A stretch of 64,000 nucleotides of DNA from Squalus acanthias (taxonomy: Eukaryota), in assembly GCA_030390025.1 (NCBI GenBank), contig CM059432.1, positions 100,814,001 through 100,878,000 on the forward strand. Reading direction: 5' to 3'. The notes beneath the pieces were generated by a model. It had not been told where the DNA came from, searched no databases, and saw only the letters and a list, made by a program, of their open reading frames with translations. This document shows, one piece after another, positions 12,141 through 25,517 of this stretch (the stretch's first letter is position 1; every line of letters starts with the position of its first letter). The position numbers were made by a program, and so were the translations under genes.

Positions 12141-13700
12141 AGCAGCAACAACAACAACAACTTGCATTTATATACCGCCTTTAACGTAGTAAAATGTCCC
12201 AAGACATATCACAAGAGCGCTATAAAACAAAATTTGATACCAAGACAGATAAGGAGATATTAGGGCAGATGGAGGTAGGTTTTAAGGAGCGTCTTAAAGG
12301 AGGCGAGGTGAAGGGAAGGAATTCCATAGCTCAGGGCCTAGGCAGCTGAGGGTGCGGCCGCCAATAGTGGAGAGATAAAAATTGGGGATGCACAGGAGGC
12401 CAGAATTGCAGGAGGCACAGAGATCTTGGGGTGTCGTGGGGCTGATGGAGGTTACAGAGATTGGGCGGGGGGGGGGGGGGGTTTGGCGAGTCCATGGAGG
12501 GATTTGAAAACAAGGATGAGAATTTTAAAATCAAGGTGTTGCTCAACTGGTAGGTTAGCGAGCACAGGGGTGATGGGTGAACGGACTTGGTGTGTGTTAA
12601 GATACGGACAGCATAGTTTTGGATGAGCTCAAGTTTATGGAGGGTGGAAGATGGGAAGCCAGCCAGGAGTGCATTGGAATAGTCAAGTCTAGAGGTAACA
12701 AAGACATTGATAGGGTTTCAGCAGCAGATGAGCTGAGGCAGGGGCAGCCTCGGGTGATGTTATGGAGATGGAAGTGGGCAATCTTAGTGATGGCACGGTT
12801 ATGTGGTTGGAAGCTCATCTCGGGGTCAAATACGACACCAAGGTTGCAAACAGTCTGGTTCAGCCTCAGACCGTTGCCAGGGAAAGGGATGGAATCTGTG
12901 GCTAGGGAATGGAGTTTGTGGCAGGGACCAAAGACAATTGTTTTGGTCTTCCCAATATTTAGTTGGGAGGAAATTTCTGCTCATCAAGTACTGGATGTCG
13001 GACAATCCGTCTGACACTTCAGAGACAGTGGAGGGGTCGAGAGAGGTGGTGGTGAGATAGAGCTGGGCGTCGTCAGCATACATGTGGAACCTGGCGTTAT
13101 ATTTTCGGATGATGTCGTATAAGGGCAGCTTGTAGATGAGAAATAGGAGGGGGCCAAGGATAGATCCCTGGGGGACTCCAGATAGATCTTTGGGGGACTC
13201 CAGAGGTAATGGTGTGGGAGCGAGACGAGAAGTCATTGCAGGTGATTCTCTGGCTATGAGTGGATAGCTAAGAATGTAGCCAGGCGAGTGCAGTCCCACC
13301 AAGTGGACGATGGAGGAGAGGCGTTGGAGAAGGATGGTGTGGTCAACCATGTCAATGGCTGCAGACAGTTCAAGAATGACGAGCAAGGATAGTTTACCAT
13401 GGTCACAATGACATAGGATGTCATTTGTGACTTTGATAAGAGCCATTTCAGTACCTGACAGGAGCAGAAATCTGATTGGAAGGATTCAAACATGGAGTTC
13501 TGGGAAAGATGGGCTTTTGGAGACAACAACATTTTCAAGGACATTGGAGAGGAAAGGGAGCTTGGAGATGGGGCATTAGTTTGCAAGGACAGAAGGGTCA
13601 AGGGTTTTTTTTTGAGGAGAGGGGTGATTATGGTAGATTTGAAGGGGAGGGGGGCAGTACCTGAGGAGAGAGAACCGTTAACAATATCAGCACAGAACTG
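12141..13700 (-). mobile_element. 5'-truncated L2-clade LINE
   Basis: (caa)n tail plus cttgcatttatatac; RT motifs [16 protein letters not shown] and HMYADDAQLY. Confidence 0.92.
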
Positions 13701-14504
13701 TTGATTAAACTTTGGACCTTCCTAGTCTGTGTAACTCAGTTACACACTACACAGAACAATTATTTGCTGATTAAACCTTCTTCGCTAGTTTATCTCTCAA
13801 CTTCTAACAATATTTGCATTGCAGTAGCTTGGATGATTACATTTATAATTTTGCGAATAGAATTTTACTTTTAAATAGTTCTACCACAGTCTGCTTGCTT
13901 CTGCTAGAGAAAAAAAAAATCTTGTTTGAATTCTTCATGGCTGATTAAACAGATTGTCTTCTACCCATATTCTATGCCGTACAAAAGGCTTGTTTATTAA
14001 GCAGAAGCTTCTGACTATAAATGTATGTCATTAAATAATTACAAAGACATACTTACACTACATTATACTACAGATTGTAAGTCTGATGTACCACAATCAC
14101 TGATGTAACAAAAATTGTTAATGGATCTCTTACTAATAGGGAAGCTGGTCATTGTTATAGAGAGTAACCTTTATAGTTCAGTGCTGCTTCACACAAGGAC
14201 ATCTGACAGCTTTAAAAACACCAGGTGCTGGAAAAATATAAAAGTAAAATCACCGATCCTATTCTCAGAAGTGAGAGGTGCACCTGAAGGTTGCAATTAG
14301 GGCTACACACTGTAATGTCGATACTCTAACCCATGCTCCCTTTGAGTGAGGTTCCTCACTGGAAGCACAGAATTGGTGAAAATACCCTCCAAAGAAAACA
14401 CTGTTTCACTGGATTATTGCATTACCAATCTCAAAAAAAAAGTTAATAATAGTATTTGTTCTTATTTTGCACATTACTGCTAAAGTAGCTTCAAACATGC
14501 AACT

Positions 14505-14872
14505 TTTCTATCTTTGTAACGTCCTCCAGCCCTACAACCGCTGCTGCCCTCCGCCCCTCCGCCCCCCACCCCGCCCCGCGCCCCCACAATCTCTGCACTC
14601 CTCAAATTCTGGCCTCGTGCGCATCCCCGATTTTCAATGCTCCACCATTGGCAATCTTGCATTCAGCTGCCTGGGTCCTAAGCTCTGGAATTACCTCCCT
14701 AAACCTCCTACCTCTCTCTTTAAAAGCTACCTCTTTGACCAAGCTATAGGTCACCTGTCCTAATAGGTCTACATGGCTCGGTGTCACCTTTGGTTTAATA
14801 ACGCTCCTGTGAAGCACCTTGGGATGGTTTTACTACATTAAAGGCGCTATTTAAATGCGAGTTGCTGTTGTT
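14505..14872 (+). mobile_element. L2 3' fragment
   Basis: AFSCLGPKLWN remnant and tail ggcgctatttaaatgcgagttgctgttg. Confidence 0.85.
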
Positions 14873-15591
14873 CACGTGTATGTAGAGATGATGCTCTGGG
14901 AAGCTCAACAATTCGGAATCTTAATAGAATAAAACACACGAGGAGTTGCATGCAACATTCTTGGTTGTAGCTTTAACCATTCAGCCAACCTTTACTTAGT
15001 CATGGAAAATTCAAGGATGTTTAAATTATGTTTTTTTTTTATCTAAATAAAATATTTACTAAGTAACACCTGGTGCTGAGGTATTCAAGTAAATAGATTT
15101 TTTGCAGCCTCAAGCATCAGATGAATAATGAATAAGATCTACAATAAACATAAGCTTGAAGGACGTGGAACACACTGGCTTCAAAGGAATTGAAGAATTC
15201 ATTGAAGGATTGCAGAGGCTGACCCAAAATGTAGTTTAATCCTCAAATAAAAGGAACAGTCTTTCTCGGCTCAGGAAAGTACTGGATGACCACAATTCAT
15301 TGATGAAGAATGAAGGTGATTCCAAGGTATTGTTCCCTTTTGGGGGCTCTGTACAAAATCCATGGCATTATCACAAAATAAAGATTTATGGGGCAGAACT
15401 AGCTTTGTATATGAACATAAATGAAAACATTGTGCCCTGTATACATGTAAAGCAAAAAGTGAAGTAGGTCTAAGGTAGCCAACTGATTCCTACATGTCTG
15501 GTTTCCAGAAGGTGAACTTTATCTTTGATTTCCATACAGCATTGATATGTCCAAGAAACCAGGAAGCCCTAATTTGGATAATATGAACCCT

Positions 15592-16467
15592 CTTCTTCTT
15601 AGACAGTCCCTCGGAACCGAGGATGACTTGCTTCCACATTATAAATGAGTTCTCAGGTGACTGATGAGTCTAATGCGGGACCTACAGTCTCTGTCACAGG
15701 TGGGGCAGACGGTGGTTGAAGGGGCGGGTGGGTGGGGTGCTTGGGTTGACGTGCGCGCCTTCCGCTATTTGCACTTGGCTTCCGCTTGCTCCCGGCGAAG
15801 AGACTTGAGGTATTCGGTGCCTTCCCGGATGCTTCTCCTCCACTTTGTATGGTCTTGGGCCAGGGACTCCCAGGTGTCGATGGGGATGTTGCACTTTTTC
15901 AAGGAGGCTTTGAGGGTGTCCTTGAAGCGTTTCCTCTGCCCACCTGGGGCTCTCTTGCCGTGTCGGAGCTCCAAGTAGAGCGCTTGTTTTGGGAGTCTCG
16001 TATCGGGCATGCGGACGATGTGACCCGTCCATCGGAGCTGATCGAGCGTGGTCAAAGCTTCGATGCTGGGGATACTGGCCTGAGCGAGAACACTGACGTT
16101 GGTGCGCCTATCCTGCCAATGGATTTGCAGGATCTTGCGGAGGCAGCGTTGGTGGTACCTCTCCAGTGTTTTGAGGTGCCTGCTGTACATGGTCCATGTC
16201 TCTGAGGCATACAGGAGGGCGGGTATTACTACTGCTCTGTAGACCATGAGCTTGGTGCCAGGTTTGAGGTCCTGGTCTTCAAACACTCTCTTCCTCAGGC
16301 GACCGAAGGCTGCACTTGCACACTGAAGGCGGTGTTGGACTTTGTCATCGACGTCTGCCCTTGTTAACAGTAGGCTCCCGAGGTATGGAAAGTGGTCCAC
16401 GTTGTCCAAGGCCTTGTCATGGATTTTGATAATTGGGGGCAGTACTGTGTGGCGGGGGCAGGTTGAT
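15592..16467 (-). mobile_element. 5'-truncated RTE-clade LINE
   Basis: ORF 15765-16409: VDHFPYLGS, ASAAFGRL, LLYASETW, QLRWTGHIVRMPDTRLPKQ, GGQRKRFKD; short (GAA)n tail. Confidence 0.93.
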
Positions 16468-16636
16468 GAACAAAACCCACCTGTATATCATACAACCTGT
16501 AAATGGATTGGTCAGAAAAAAATTTAAACCAGTATTCTGCATTTTTCTGTAAAACAGATTTCAATTGAGTAAGGGAGAAACAGATTGCAAATGGCCCACA
16601 GGCTTTATTATAAGTATTGCTAGTTTATAACACAGA

Positions 16637-17525
16637 GGGGGAAAAATTCAGTTGGTTGCACCTCCCGTTAGCGCCTTAAGAGGGCGCTAATGGGGCGCAA
16701 AGCATCTGGCGCCCAGGCGCGGCGAAGTTTGCGCCGCTCGCGAAATTAACTAGACATTTTGCGGCGGCGCTAAACACTACCGCCACGATCTCCTGCGCCA
16801 GCAGCTCATGACGTCAGTCAAGTGTGCAACGCCCCGGTATCGCCCCGGAGCGGATATTGAGTGGCGCCCCCTGCCTTACCGCCTGACGCTAGCAACGACA
16901 GGTTGAGGGGAGCGTTCTGCAGTCATGAAGGGAAAGGGGGAGCGCTATTTAAAGGTGACCGCTTCCTGCCTTTTATTGTTGGTGCCATTTTTGAACTACG
17001 CATTCTGAGAGAGGGAGAGACTTCTGGAGAGATTCAACGTTGTGTGAAGGAGTTTTGGGTACTGAGCAGCACTTTGCAGGTTCATTTTGATTTGCCATTC
17101 CTTGTATCGATTTAGCAGAGACTGTGGGGGCTGCACTCTGAGCTCTTTGCCTGGTACTCTCCATTGTTCTTTCCAGCACATTTGATGTGCAAGTCTCTCC
17201 AGGCCGAGATTCAAGGCTGCAATGAACAGGATGTGGATGGAAAGCAAGATTAACCATCCCCTTTAAGAACTGGCCCATGCCATTGTGTGTGTGTTCCATT
17301 GCTGACTGACATTACATGAGCTTCGCCAGCGCTCTGAGTTAGCGCCTCACTCCTCGGCCTTTGCGCCTTAAGACAGGTGTGCAGCGCCTGATTTAGCGCT
17401 CCAATCACCTCCCAGGGCGTTAAAAGTGAAGTTTCCAGTCAGTGGCGATAATTAGCGCCAGGCGCTAATTTTTGCGCCCGGACGATATTTGCGCCCCAAA
17501 CGGGGCGCGAGTGAATTTTCCCCCC
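16637..17525. mobile_element. Harbinger-type MITE rich in GCGCC motifs
   Basis: TIRs gggggaaaaattc / gaattttcccccc with CpG-rich arms; flanks (aga / att) do not form a clean TSD. Confidence 0.75.
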
Positions 17526-17683
17526 ATTATATTTTAATCTCTGGTTGCTAAGTTAATATTTAGCAATGTTGATACAAAGAGCAATTATTTTATTTATTGC
17601 ACATACAATGTCAAATCTACACACATGTGAAATTGCTAATTTCTTTCCTCTTGCAGTTCACTTGTTACCACAGCAAACAGATT

Positions 17684-18378
17684 GGGCCGGATATTCCGAT
17701 CCCTACGGGTGTGTACGCGCTGTGTACTCACCCGTAGGGACATTGGAAATGCCAGTTTCAGGCATGCAATGTGCATGCGCTGGAAACCGGCATTTCCGAT
17801 CTGTCAAGAAAGCTCTTGACAGATCCTCCGGCTGCCCGGGAGAATGGCATCTGCGGGCGGATAGTTCCGCTTTTTGGAGAGCTTTTACCAGAATAAGAGT
17901 TGAAAAAAGTTAAAAAAAATGTTTCCACTGATTTATCATTTAAAAATTCTTTGAAGAAAGGTAAGTTTATTTTTAGCCCCATTAAAAACTTTAATTATTT
18001 TTTTCAAAAATTTAAATTTTTGTTTAAAATAGTTAATTTATGTAATTTCAAGTCATTTTAAAAATGTGATTTTTAAAAAAATTTATTTGAAGTTTTACTA
18101 TGTTTTGGGAGTGATCTCCATTCATATATTTGACAGGTCTTCCTGTCAAATGTATGAAGGGAGATTCCCTTCTCTGATTGGCTCCCAATGGCCCACGTGA
18201 TCCCAGGGACGCTGCGAACTACCTGCGCCTCTGGGATACGTGGGCACTGCACACCGGCAGTTTGGAGAGGCCCAGCATCGGAATTGTGCGCCTCCCGGGA
18301 GCTCTCAGGTAAGGGCGCAGATTTTTCCTGATCGCAGCCCTCCGCCCGCGGGAGGCCTGCGATTGGAATATCTGGGCC
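17684..18378. mobile_element. Harbinger-type MITE
   Basis: TIRs gggccggatattcc / ggaatatctgggcc with 3-bp TSD ATT on both sides; AT-rich centre. Confidence 0.88.
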
Positions 18379-20779
18379 ATTATTAACAGCAATATCAGGC
18401 ACAGTCTGATCTATTACAGGTGGAGTATATGATTCAATACTAATCCAAGATATTGACAGCCACAATTGTATTTGTGTCTTGGGTTGAAAATATTTCACAT
18501 CTAGCAAGAAGAATATGCCACATTCAATATGAAAGAAAAAGAATGGCAGAGAATCAATTGTTTTAATTTTCCCTCAAACAGTGAATTGACCTGAGAAAAT
18601 AACTAAAATCAATCACAGTCTTCAAAGTATTAGGCGAGAACACACAACAGATCACTCTCCTGGCATGTTTTAAAACCATATATAGCAGTTACTAATAGGC
18701 ATTTGCATATTGTATTGCTGTCCGGGGTGGGAGAGAGAAGCCTGGGGCAGGGAGGCCCGAGGTCTGCCACCGCAGTTCCTCATATCACTCAGGCAGCATC
18801 TAGTGGTAGTAGCATCGAAAGCAATAGAAGAAACACAACTCATAGGATCACCAAAAGGAAGCATAGTCATAAGCAGTGGAAACACAATGTCACAATTTTC
18901 AGGGTCTTGTGCTAATTATGCTCTTGGGTTCAACATCACCAGTCACTTCCGTAATTGGACCTTGCATCCTTGTAGAATCTGGAGTGCCCAATATCTAGCT
19001 AAACAATAGCACAGCCCAGGAATTTATTGCTCTGTATATTGGCTACTGAAATATCATACATGACACCGCAGGCATTCTCCTTTCTTTTACAGCAGGCTAA
19101 ATGAAAAACACTCTACTGAGGCACAACTTCAAACAAACAACGGGTTTTTGTTACACAAAACACAGTGTGCTCCTTGCTTATGTAAAACAATAAATGTCTA
19201 ACTTATTAACTCTTTGAACAGCTCACCTCCTCTAACTAAGTTACAGAAGCTAGCTGGCTTAGACTTTTAAATATAATAGTAACATCTTGTTACTGCTGCT
19301 GCGAGCCCACAACTCATCCCCTGTGTTTGAGAAAAAGAGTGCCCCTCTGCCACCCGCCTTAAACCTTTGGGTGCTTTTGGTCCCAGATTCCCCATTATCA
19401 GGCTGATACAAATGCTTTCTCTTGACGTACCAGCTCACCCATGTACCGCGAGACCAGAGATGGGGGAACTCAAGCCATACTCCCTCCTATGTGAGTGGAA
19501 TTGTTTGGAGTGGGCAAAGGCTCCAACCATACAAGAGCCCATGGAAACTATCAGGGAAGGCTGGGAACTGGTGTAACTGGGTCCAGGCCTAATTTGCGGC
19601 CCTTCCACTGGCGTCCCATTGAAATTATAGTGGAAAATGCGTGGAAAAGTTCTGATATACTAGCCCACAATAAAATTATTTACAGAGCTAGCTTTTCTGC
19701 CTTTGAATATCTTCATTGAAGTTTTTATTCAGAGGCACATTGGTAATCAGACAGCCATAGGTAATCGGACAGTATCGCACATAGATAGTCCCCTGTATCT
19801 GGATCCTGGTCTCATTTGTGGCCTTCCTCCAGACACCCACCATCCATATATAGGGGATTGCACACAGGGAGTCAACACCAAGTGTTTCAGCTCAAGTGGG
19901 ATTGAAGTGTGGGGGGTATTTGGACCAGGGTACACTGATGTAATTCAATCCCTATTGTAAATTCATCTATTCTGTGCTTATTTTTATATAATAATTTCAT
20001 AAAACTTGGAGTAATTTGGGAAGCAGAGTAGAGTTGGCTGTAGCATTGGAGTTTTTTTGGCAGTACAGGCTGAGGAGCTGGAATATGGGAAGCTGAGGCA
20101 CTATAGCACCATCGCAAATGGGAGGATGTAATTACAGCATGACAAGTTTACATAGCGAGTTCCCATTATAAATGTAGATGTGGACTCTTCCCTTCCTATT
20201 GCAATATGGCTTATTTGGAGACAGAGGGGCAGAAACAAGCACAATCCCCCAAACAACTGTTGCCCTACAACAAAGTAGAAGCATCCCCCTCACCCCCCAT
20301 CAGACTATACACCTACGCCTTGACACCTGGAATAAAGCATGAAGCCTCACAGTCAAACCAACACCCACCTATTTCCACATCATCATTCTTCATACCCACA
20401 CCCGAGCTTGGCACAATGATGCCCTCCCTCCTAGATGGACCACATGAGCACCTGGACTGCTACTTGAGGTGCTGCTACCATCCCAGTCCGAGCACAACAG
20501 CTCAAATTACTTCACAGGGGATGGAATCTTTAAATTACCATGAACAACACTGATGTACAAATCGCAACATCTGACACGTATATGTTAAATTAAAAACGTA
20601 CCAGTTTTCATCAGAAGGCGTGTAGCTCAAAAGCCTGTCCCATTGCCTGACAATATCAAATGCTTTCTGGCTTTCCCACAGGGCTTCAGCCATACCTGCT
20701 CCTTGAAGGCTGTTGGTGTCTTTAAGACCCAGGCAACACCAAACATGCCTCAGCTGACTTGGTGTACCAGCCTCTAGGT

Positions 20780-20989
20780 TTCCCTTCAAGTCACACACCA
20801 CCTTGACTTGGAAATATATCGCTGTTCCTTCATCGTCGCTGAGTCAAAATCCTGGAACTCCCTACCTAACAGCACTGTGGTGGTTCAAGAAGGCAGCTCA
20901 CCACCACCTTCTCAAGGGCAATTAGGGACCGGCAATAAATGCTGGTCTTGCCAGCAACGCCCACATCCCGTGAATGAATGAAAAAAAAA
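20780..20989 (+). mobile_element. 3' tail fragment of the LINE family seen at 56477
   Basis: caagtcacacacca..gacttgg...ctcaccaccaccttctcaagggcaattaggga...cccacatcccgtgaatgaat followed by poly-A. Confidence 0.85.
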
Positions 20990-21929
20990 TCCTCTTCTGT
21001 CTGGTCTGCACCCAGGAGAGCTTCCAGTGTGAGCCTGCTGCAGCATAATGAGGCCCCAGAGGATGTTCGGGCATTGAAGACGTTGGTATTGAGAAGCATA
21101 CTTTTGGTGAGCTCTGCACTAATTGCTCTGGAGAGCGCCAGGAGAGGAAGATAGGCCCTAATGAATTTTAAAAATCTTCTTTCATGCTCTGTTCCCCGTC
21201 TCTCACACGTCCTCTTGCTATGTTTATTGTCCCCTCTGGCAGGGAAAAAGGAATTTTCTTTGCACACGCCAAGTGCTAGAGCTAAATCTTTCCACGTTTT
21301 CTCACAAATGACCATTTAGATGTTATAAAGTGTCAGCCACAATGCATGCTTCGCAAAAGACTAAACATAAAAATACCACTGAGATGCTACAACTGCCAAT
21401 GACAGCGTGCCACAAATTTAACAAACGCAGCAGGAAAGAATGTTGAGCTTTTTCTGAAATAAAATGAAAGGAGCTGAATTCTTCTCCACTCAGGCGGCAA
21501 CCTGCATAACTCATCAAATGGCTCAGAAATAGGCCAGGACCTGGATATGGGGAGTCCCGACCTAAACTGGAATTACCTGCTTGGTCTTATATGGGGCGAA
21601 GCTGCCACTGTTATTGGAGGGTAAGGGGGCGGGGGAGATGGGTTGGGGGGGGTGCAGGGCCAGGGTGCAAGGACAACCTACACTGCGAGTTTCTCTTTCT
21701 CCAGCCGACATGCGTCCCAGTGTATATCTGGAGGCTGGTACACTAAGTCAGCTGAGGCATGCCAGCCTCCAACAGCACACATGGTGGCCACTGGGGAGTC
21801 CAGGCATGGGAAGCAGCCTGAAACCCTGAAGAAGAGAGCAATGTTTAGAAAGGTGGAGGGGGGGGAAAGAGAAGAGGTTTCTCTGGGGTGGGGGCTGGTT
21901 ACCGCTCTCTCCAAGATGGTGTTTGGTGC

Positions 21930-23180
21930 TAGAGTTGGCTGCTTTACAAGAAAGATACTGGTGAATTCACTGGCAAACAATGCATTAGTGGCTTTCATGA
22001 TGTAACAGTGCACTAAAGGTTGGAAAATCTGACACAGATCTCCTGTGGTTACCACACTGAAGTTTAATGCAGCTGTAGTTTTGGCAGCCACTGGCAGAGA
22101 CGTCCTTGTCCTGGAAGTAGTTCTGACATCTGGCTGCACACGTGTGCATAGTTCTGTTATGACCTTCTTTGTGAATCTTAGGGGGAAATTTTGCCAGCCT
22201 TGGGGAGGCGGGTATGGAGGCAGGACTGCGGGAAAATGACAGAAACTAGGAGCGGGCACCGAACCCGCTCGCAACTCGCCTCCGTGCCATCTTCCCGGGA
22301 GGCGGGTCCCCGACTCGCGCAGGAACCCGTCTCCTCGAGGTGGGAAGGGGATTACAGCCAATTAACTGCCTGTTAACAGGCAATTAAGAGGATTACCCCC
22401 CATTTTACCCACACAAGTGCGGGCTTCCCGACGGCTGCGAACCTTGCCAGGGTCAATGAGGCGAGCAGTGGGTCTGCGGGGGTGAGAGGGGTCGAAAAGT
22501 CCACTATGGAGGTGAGTGATGGGTGCAGGTGTGGAGAGGTAAGTATGAGAGGTGAGTGTAAAGTGTTAGAAAAAGTTTACTTACCTTTGCTTCTTCCTGC
22601 AGGCTTCAACACTTGGGGATCCGGAGGTGCCTCATCTCAACGGCAGAGATGACAGAATGGCTGCTGCATTCTCCGATGTAGCAGCCATCTGATTTCTGCT
22701 AAGGAAAGAGGTTTGGTGAGTCTTCAGTACAAGGACTCACCAAAGAACAGAGATCGTCAGTGTTTGACAGCTTCTCAAAGCTGTCAAACGCTGACAATTC
22801 ATCTGTCAAAAATTTTTGACAGATGAAACATCATACACTGACGTCCTGTCACCGGCTTTCCCTTAATTAGCCTGCTAAGCCCGCAGGCCGGGCTTAACAA
22901 GGTCAATCAAGGAAAAATAGCGTGGGTTGGCCGGACATCTTTGGGGGCGGGACTGAAACCCAACAACCAGCAGTCCCGCCCCCAATGCGCCCCCATTGAT
23001 AAAATCCAGCCCTTAGTCTTCACATGCTGGTGTTGTCAGACATATGCAGATACGAGAGCCTAGACCCATACATGATTGGTGGCATTAGGATGGGTCATGA
23101 TGGAAACCCTTAGATGAATGTGCAGCTGTTTAGCATGCCTATCCTCCAGAACCTGCAAATACCATAGGGACACCCATAGC
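21930..23180 (-). pseudogene. HARBI1-like Harbinger transposase remnant split by a MITE
   Basis: Removing 22181-23012 and one TTA restores SYLHMSDNTSM*RLRFTKKVITELC...LPVAAKTTAALNF...TTGDLCQI...VHCYIMKATNALF. Confidence 0.75.
22181..23012. mobile_element. Harbinger-type non-autonomous element
   Basis: TTA TSD at 22178-22180 and 23013-23015; TIRs gggggaaatttt / aaaatccagccc. Confidence 0.9.
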
Positions 23181-23869
23181 TCTTTGTAAGTCAGCACACA
23201 AATACTTTTTGTTGGACAAACAGGCACAGATGATAGATGCAGTAGAGATGTAAGAAACTATCAGGAATGCTTCAAGAAAATTGCTTACGTTCCTTTATCC
23301 AACAACAGCAATATAGTAGAGTAACAGAGACCCGGAAATAGATGCAACAAAAACAGCACTGTACCTTTAAGAACAAGGACCCAACTGAAATGAAGAAGCA
23401 CTCATTTTACATGGTGGTATAGTCTATGGGGCATTGTTCAGACAATCCACTTGCATTGTGGAATTCCCAATATTTGCATAAGAATTAAGGCTTAACGAGC
23501 TTATTGCACAAATGGTAAGCAGCAGCAGCAGAGGAGCTGAAAAGGGCATTATCAGCCTCATGTTATGTGTGCATTTGAAAATTTGGCAAGTTGCACTAAC
23601 GTAATTAAACTATATTACATGAGGTCAAACTAAAACCTCTGAGCCATCAAATCTTCATTATTATTTTAAGAATTAAAACTTCCTGCTTTTTATTAAAAAA
23701 AATATTCCCTTGCCTACAATGCAGTTGCTTGGCAAAACCATACTTCTTCAACTACTATGTACTCTCTTTAAATCTTTTGAAGGAGACTTCCATGCCTCCT
23801 TTCATTTCTCCCCTCTCGGGTACCCTGCCCCTCCCCGACCCCCAAATCCCTACCCCAACCCTTCACCAC

Positions 23870-24115
23870 TCCTCGACCATCCCAATCGCTCCACCATTGG
23901 CAGCTGTGCCTTCAGCTCTGGAAATCCCTGTCTAAACCGCTCCACCTCTCTAACTCTCTCCTCCTTCAAGATGCTCCTTAAAACCTGTCACCTGTCGTAA
24001 CATCTCCTTATGTGGCTCGGTGTCAAATTTTGTCTGATAACGCTCCTCTGAAGCCCCTTGGGACGTATTGCTACGTTAAAGGCACTATCTAAATGCAAGT
24101 TGTTGTTATTGTTGT
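23870..24115 (+). mobile_element. L2 3' tail fragment
   Basis: Same tail as 14640-14872, ending aaatgcaagttgttgtt. Confidence 0.85.
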
Positions 24116-24259
24116 TCCAAAATAAAACTAAAACCAGATATTTTGAAAATACAATCAATTAATAAAAGTTATATGGCTAACGTTTCTGTAATTCTACTTT
24201 ATAATGTGTAGCACTAACTGAATTACGAAAACCATTCTGCATATATCACAAGACAAAAT

Positions 24260-24435
24260 ATTACATAGAATTACATAGAATAGACAGCACAAAAACAGCC
24301 CATTCGGCCCAACTAGTCCATGCTGGTGTTTATGGTCCACATGAGCTTCTTCCCACCCCTCTTCATTTAACCCTATCAGCATATCCTTCTATTACTTTCT
24401 CCCTCATGTGTTTATCTAGCGTCCCCTTAAATGCA
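24260..24435 (-). mobile_element. CR1 3' tail fragment
   Basis: Reverse complement of the tail at 3578-3745; ttacatagaa repeats. Confidence 0.8.
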
Positions 24436-25137
24436 AATATTGCACATTTTGAAAGCAATGTTCATTATCTAAATGGTATAAATTAGCAAATGGTCATTGT
24501 TTCTGCAAGAGGCAGAAGTGGTAAAAGAGCTGACAGAGCTGGAACAGCTGATGCTTCTTTGCAGAAAGAGATGATGCAGTGGGAGAAACTGACAGGCAAA
24601 CACACAAAATAAACGTATAACATAAGCAATCATGTGCTACAGCTTGTAACCAGTAAACTGCGAGTTCGATGTATGTGTCACTGTTGCTTCTTTTGCACTG
24701 TAGCTGCGAGCCTTCAACAGCTGCTTCAGTGTATTGGGGTCCGCATTGCTCATTTACTTGAACAGACTCTATACACATTGTTTGACAGAGAAGGGAGATA
24801 TTTTACAGCATTATGACAAAAAAGATACCCTTGATAATATGATCGGATGACAGAGAGAGGTGATTTTCCTGAAAAATAATAATGCTGTTACAGGGAAATA
24901 ATTGACAGAATTAAAAGAGAATGAATGATAATTTCACTGATAAATTAACAACATTTTGAATAAGAACATAAGAAATAAGAGCAGGAGTAGGCCTTATGGC
25001 CCCTCGAGCCTGCTCCGCCATTCAATAAGATCATGACTGATCATCGACCTCAACACCACTTTCCCGCCTGATCTCCATATGCCTTGATTCCCCTAGAGTC
25101 CAAAAATCTATCTATCTCAGCCTTGAATGTACTCAAA

Positions 25138-25483
25138 GGGCTGGATTTTATCAATGGGGATGTGCTGGAGGCGGGACTTCTGGTTTCCAGGTTTCAGTCC
25201 CGCCCACAGCGACATCTGACCAACCCATGCTATTTTCCCTTGATTGGCATTGTTAAGCCCGCCCTGCCGGTGACAGATGACGTCAGCATATGACGCTTCA
25301 TCTGTCGAAAATTTTTGACAGATGAATTGTCAGCGTTTGACAGCTTCTCTTAAGCAGGGCGGGCTTAACAAGGCCAATCAGGGGAAAATAGCATCTGTGC
25401 GTCGGACGTCGCTGCGGGCGGGACTAGAACCCGGAAGGCAGAAGTCCCGCCCCCAACTCGTCTCAGTAAGTAAAATCCAGCCC
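25138..25483. mobile_element. 346-bp MITE with long imperfect inverted arms
   Basis: Ends gggctggatttta / taaaatccagccc; inner arms tgctattttcccc..gttaagcccgccctgc are inverted. Same family as the right end of 22181-23012. Confidence 0.9.
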
Positions 25484-25517
25484 ATTTAGTCTATCTATAT
25501 CTGTTTGCAGAATCTTT

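Noticed and set aside
18790..18810. CTCF-like motif
   Set aside because: Partial match only; expected by chance in 64 kb.
19060..20200. Possible LTR-like unassigned segment
   Set aside because: I could not find matching TG..CA ends with a TSD.
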